61,083 bases of DNA, from positions 1-61,083 of the IMG/VR virus record IMGVR_UViG_3300013286_000014. One strand, given 5' to 3'. The translations under genes were made by a program, and so were the position numbers. Below, piece by piece: positions 58,963 to 61,083 of the stretch; the stretch's first letter is position 1; each line of letters opens with the position of its first letter. The stretch comes from a virus. Its lineage: Duplodnaviria; Caudoviricetes. Under the pieces are notes generated by a model. That model saw nothing but the letters and a program-made list of their open reading frames with translations. It ran no database searches and was not told the DNA's origin.

Positions 58963-59175
58963 TTAAACGTCTCTGTCCATTTCACATGCTTCACGTACTA
59001 GTGAAACAACTTCGTCCAGCGTGTTGCACAAGATCTTTGCGTTGACATAATCGCCTTTCTTGTTGCGCCCACCTGCTTCTACCATGAAGCCGTTGTCGTA
59101 CATATTAATTGTAAACGACTCATTCACTTTGGTTAGTTTATCACCAAATGATTTTACTGATTTTGCTGTTGCCAT
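58963..59175 (-). CDS. Hypothetical protein
   Basis: 70 aa, AGGAG RBS. Confidence 0.7.
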   Translation of the reverse strand: MATAKSVKSFGDKLTKVNESFTINMYDNGFMVEAGGRNKKGDYVNAKILCNTLDEVVSLVREACEMDRDV

Positions 59176-59176
59176 T

Positions 59177-60196
59177 TTAGTTCTCCTGTGTTAGTTTGCG
59201 CCAAGTGAGATCCTTTTCCGGATACTTTGCTTGGAATGGTTCTGCATATTGCTGAATGTTATCAGCTATCTTTTTCATATCCCAAGCATTGCAAAACTTG
59301 AGCATACGGATACCAACTTGCGTAACCTCTTTAGGTCGGGCATTAGTAGCAATTGTTTCTTTAATTTTTACTTTAACATCTTCTGGCTGTGCTGTAAGAT
59401 CGCATAGCTGTACATTACGTTGGTAATCTTCTAGCACACGATGTTCTTCACCATTGTGGTCGACCCAACGTTGCAACATGAGATTGTTCCAAGAATATCC
59501 GCGAGTGTTACGATCGGAAAACGCCTCCATGAGACCAACTTTATTCTTTGAACCTTTTGTTCGTACTCCGGGATAAGCTGAAAATACATTATCTGATGTG
59601 TCGCCTCGCATACATTTTTCGAACAGCATCCATTCAGGGTCTTGTGCAGGCTTAGGCTCGCCTGTCTTTTTGTCTTTAACTGGTTTACCTTTGGCATCAA
59701 AGATGCCTTCGTGTGTAATATGTAAATCACCTACACCATTATACTGACTCACATTAGGCGCAATGAGTTGTGCAAAATCTCCGTCTGTCGAAATAATAAC
59801 ATGTTTGCTATGTGGATGTGCTTGTATCCATCCGGCAATCAAATCGTCTGCTTCTAGATTAGCATGTTGCAGAATAGTAGAATTAGTTTTCTCTGTAACA
59901 AATGTTTTAAATTCATCAAACGCTTCCCAGAACAACTTGTCTTCATCTTGTTCTTTTTGCGTCATGGCCGCACGAGTTTCTTGCCTGTTGGCTTTGTAAG
60001 GTTTGTAATAGTCCTTACGCCAGCTTCGACCTTCGAGACAGAACACCACATGGCTACCACCAAAGTCATTCCATGCTTTCTTGATACTGTTGAGTGTAAT
60101 ATGAAAGGCCATGCCCAACTTAATGTCGGCAGAGCCTTGCACCACGTGTCTAGCACGAAAAAATGTATTTGCAGTATCAACAATAATATATGTCAT
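59177..60196 (-). CDS. rnh: RNase H / 5'-3' exonuclease (T4 Rnh-like)
   Basis: 'IIVD', 'SWRK..Y..YKANR', 'EADD', 'STDGDF.QL', 'GD.SDNV' FEN/5'-nuclease motifs. Confidence 0.9.
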   Translation of the reverse strand: MTYIIVDTANTFFRARHVVQGSADIKLGMAFHITLNSIKKAWNDFGGSHVVFCLEGRSWRKDYYKPYKANRQETRAAMTQKEQDEDKLFWEAFDEFKTFVTEKTNSTILQHANLEADDLIAGWIQAHPHSKHVIISTDGDFAQLIAPNVSQYNGVGDLHITHEGIFDAKGKPVKDKKTGEPKPAQDPEWMLFEKCMRGDTSDNVFSAYPGVRTKGSKNKVGLMEAFSDRNTRGYSWNNLMLQRWVDHNGEEHRVLEDYQRNVQLCDLTAQPEDVKVKIKETIATNARPKEVTQVGIRMLKFCNAWDMKKIADNIQQYAEPFQAKYPEKDLTWRKLTQEN

Positions 60197-60648
60197 TCAA
60201 CTACGGCTTTTCCGCCGCCTAATTTACTCACATTAATAAATCCAGCACTAACACGTGATGGGTCTTGTCCAGCTTCTGCAATCATGTTCAATGCCAAATC
60301 TCTGAACCAGCGATCCACAATTTCTTCTTCTGGATCGCCTTCGAATCCATAACCAGCTTGTTTCAATTGTACTATAAACTCTGGGTTCCAGTCAAGTTCA
60401 AAAAAGCCATTACGTATGTTCTCTTTATTAACATGGGTATCCAACACACTTACCCAAGGTTCTCCACGAATGGTTGCACGTTCCTTTGGAGTCATCTTGG
60501 CAATGCGCTCATCTTCTTTGGCCTGCTTTTCGGCTAGTTGTGCTTCGGCAGTTGCAGTAACAGCTTGAGTTTCTATATCTTTGAGAACTCGTATGTTTTC
60601 CTCCAACTTATCAATTCCCAACATTCGTTTGAATAAATTTTTAATCAT
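60193..60648 (-). CDS. Hypothetical protein
   Basis: 151 aa, 'GEPWV.V......N...GFFELDWN..F...L...GY'. Confidence 0.75.
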   Translation of the reverse strand: MIKNLFKRMLGIDKLEENIRVLKDIETQAVTATAEAQLAEKQAKEDERIAKMTPKERATIRGEPWVSVLDTHVNKENIRNGFFELDWNPEFIVQLKQAGYGFEGDPEEEIVDRWFRDLALNMIAEAGQDPSRVSAGFINVSKLGGGKAVVE

Positions 60649-60785
60649 TTTGTTTTTCCTATACAGTCACAATCTCTGCCTTGCCTGCAATTACCAGTAC
60701 ACGCTGAATTGTTGTCAGGAGTCATAACTACTATCACTCCTACTAAAACTGCTACTAAAAGTAATGCTACCAACATGACTGACAT
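60645..60785 (-). CDS. Small membrane protein with Cys-rich tail
   Basis: Manual translation MSVMLVALLLVAVLVGVIVVMTPDNNSACTGNCRQGRDCDCIGKTK; fits exactly between neighbours (adjacent to the upstream stop, ATGA overlap downstream). Confidence 0.65.
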   Translation of the reverse strand: MSVMLVALLLVAVLVGVIVVMTPDNNSACTGNCRQGRDCDCIGKTK

Positions 60786-61082
60786 TTAGGTACCCCATTC
60801 GTTTTTAAACAGCGGAACTTGTAAACGGTCACTATAACGCCAGCCACGTTTCATAGCCGCTAGTGCTACATTTTTTGCATTCAATGTATAAACACTTTCT
60901 ACACCGCCTACTGGCATTAGATAAACATACCCTTCAAATCCAGCACTACGGAATGCTCCTACAGCACATTCTGCATCTAGAATATCTTGTTCTGTTGCTA
61001 CTACAAATTTAAGATATACTGTACCAACTTCCTGATATGTACAAACAATCTCTGGACAAATAGCTTCTTCCCACTTCTCACC
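60786..61082 (-). CDS. queE: QueE-like radical SAM enzyme, C-terminal part (5' end outside window)
   Basis: Manual translation GEKWEEAICPE...YLKFVV...VYLMPVGG...GWRYSDRLQVPLFKNEWGT; 'LKFVV', 'YLMP' and 'R.S.RL....' match QueE/NrdG-family C-termini. Confidence 0.7.
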   Translation of the reverse strand, partial: GEKWEEAICPEIVCTYQEVGTVYLKFVVATEQDILDAECAVGAFRSAGFEGYVYLMPVGGVESVYTLNAKNVALAAMKRGWRYSDRLQVPLFKNEWGT

Positions 61083-61083
61083 A

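Noticed and set aside
3343-60537. Numerous 60-160 aa ORFs nested in or antisense to long genes
   Set aside because: Fully overlap well-supported genes and lack RBS or recognisable motifs.

Overview
The window is part of a large T4-like (jumbo-type) myovirus genome, read in the standard genetic code. From left to right it holds: head genes (prohead protease fragment, acidic scaffold, portal); a tape-measure-like gene divergent from a gp26-like gene; a probable head-packaged protein; an ORF-free ~500-bp interval; a GIY-YIG endonuclease; gp46/gp47 and a gp55-like late sigma factor; a long baseplate/tail-fibre operon (gp53, hub, gp5, gp25, gp6, a 5364-aa giant protein, several fibres and an S53 protease); a glycosyltransferase-like cluster; and a minus-strand early/middle block (ThyX, VWA/metallopeptidase plus MoxR ATPase, rubredoxin/rubrerythrin, RNase H, QueE fragment). 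The most striking unexplained signal is a ~460-nt, multi-domain, apparently pseudoknotted structure on the minus strand directly 3' of the GIY-YIG gene; its G-U pair asymmetry argues for a structured RNA. Other highlights are a likely programmed -1 frameshift at the end of the gp26-like gene, hairpin/late-promoter translational switches, and a recurring motif 13 nt upstream of late promoters. All product calls come from motif recognition and synteny, and all folds were paired by hand; no searches or folding programs were run.
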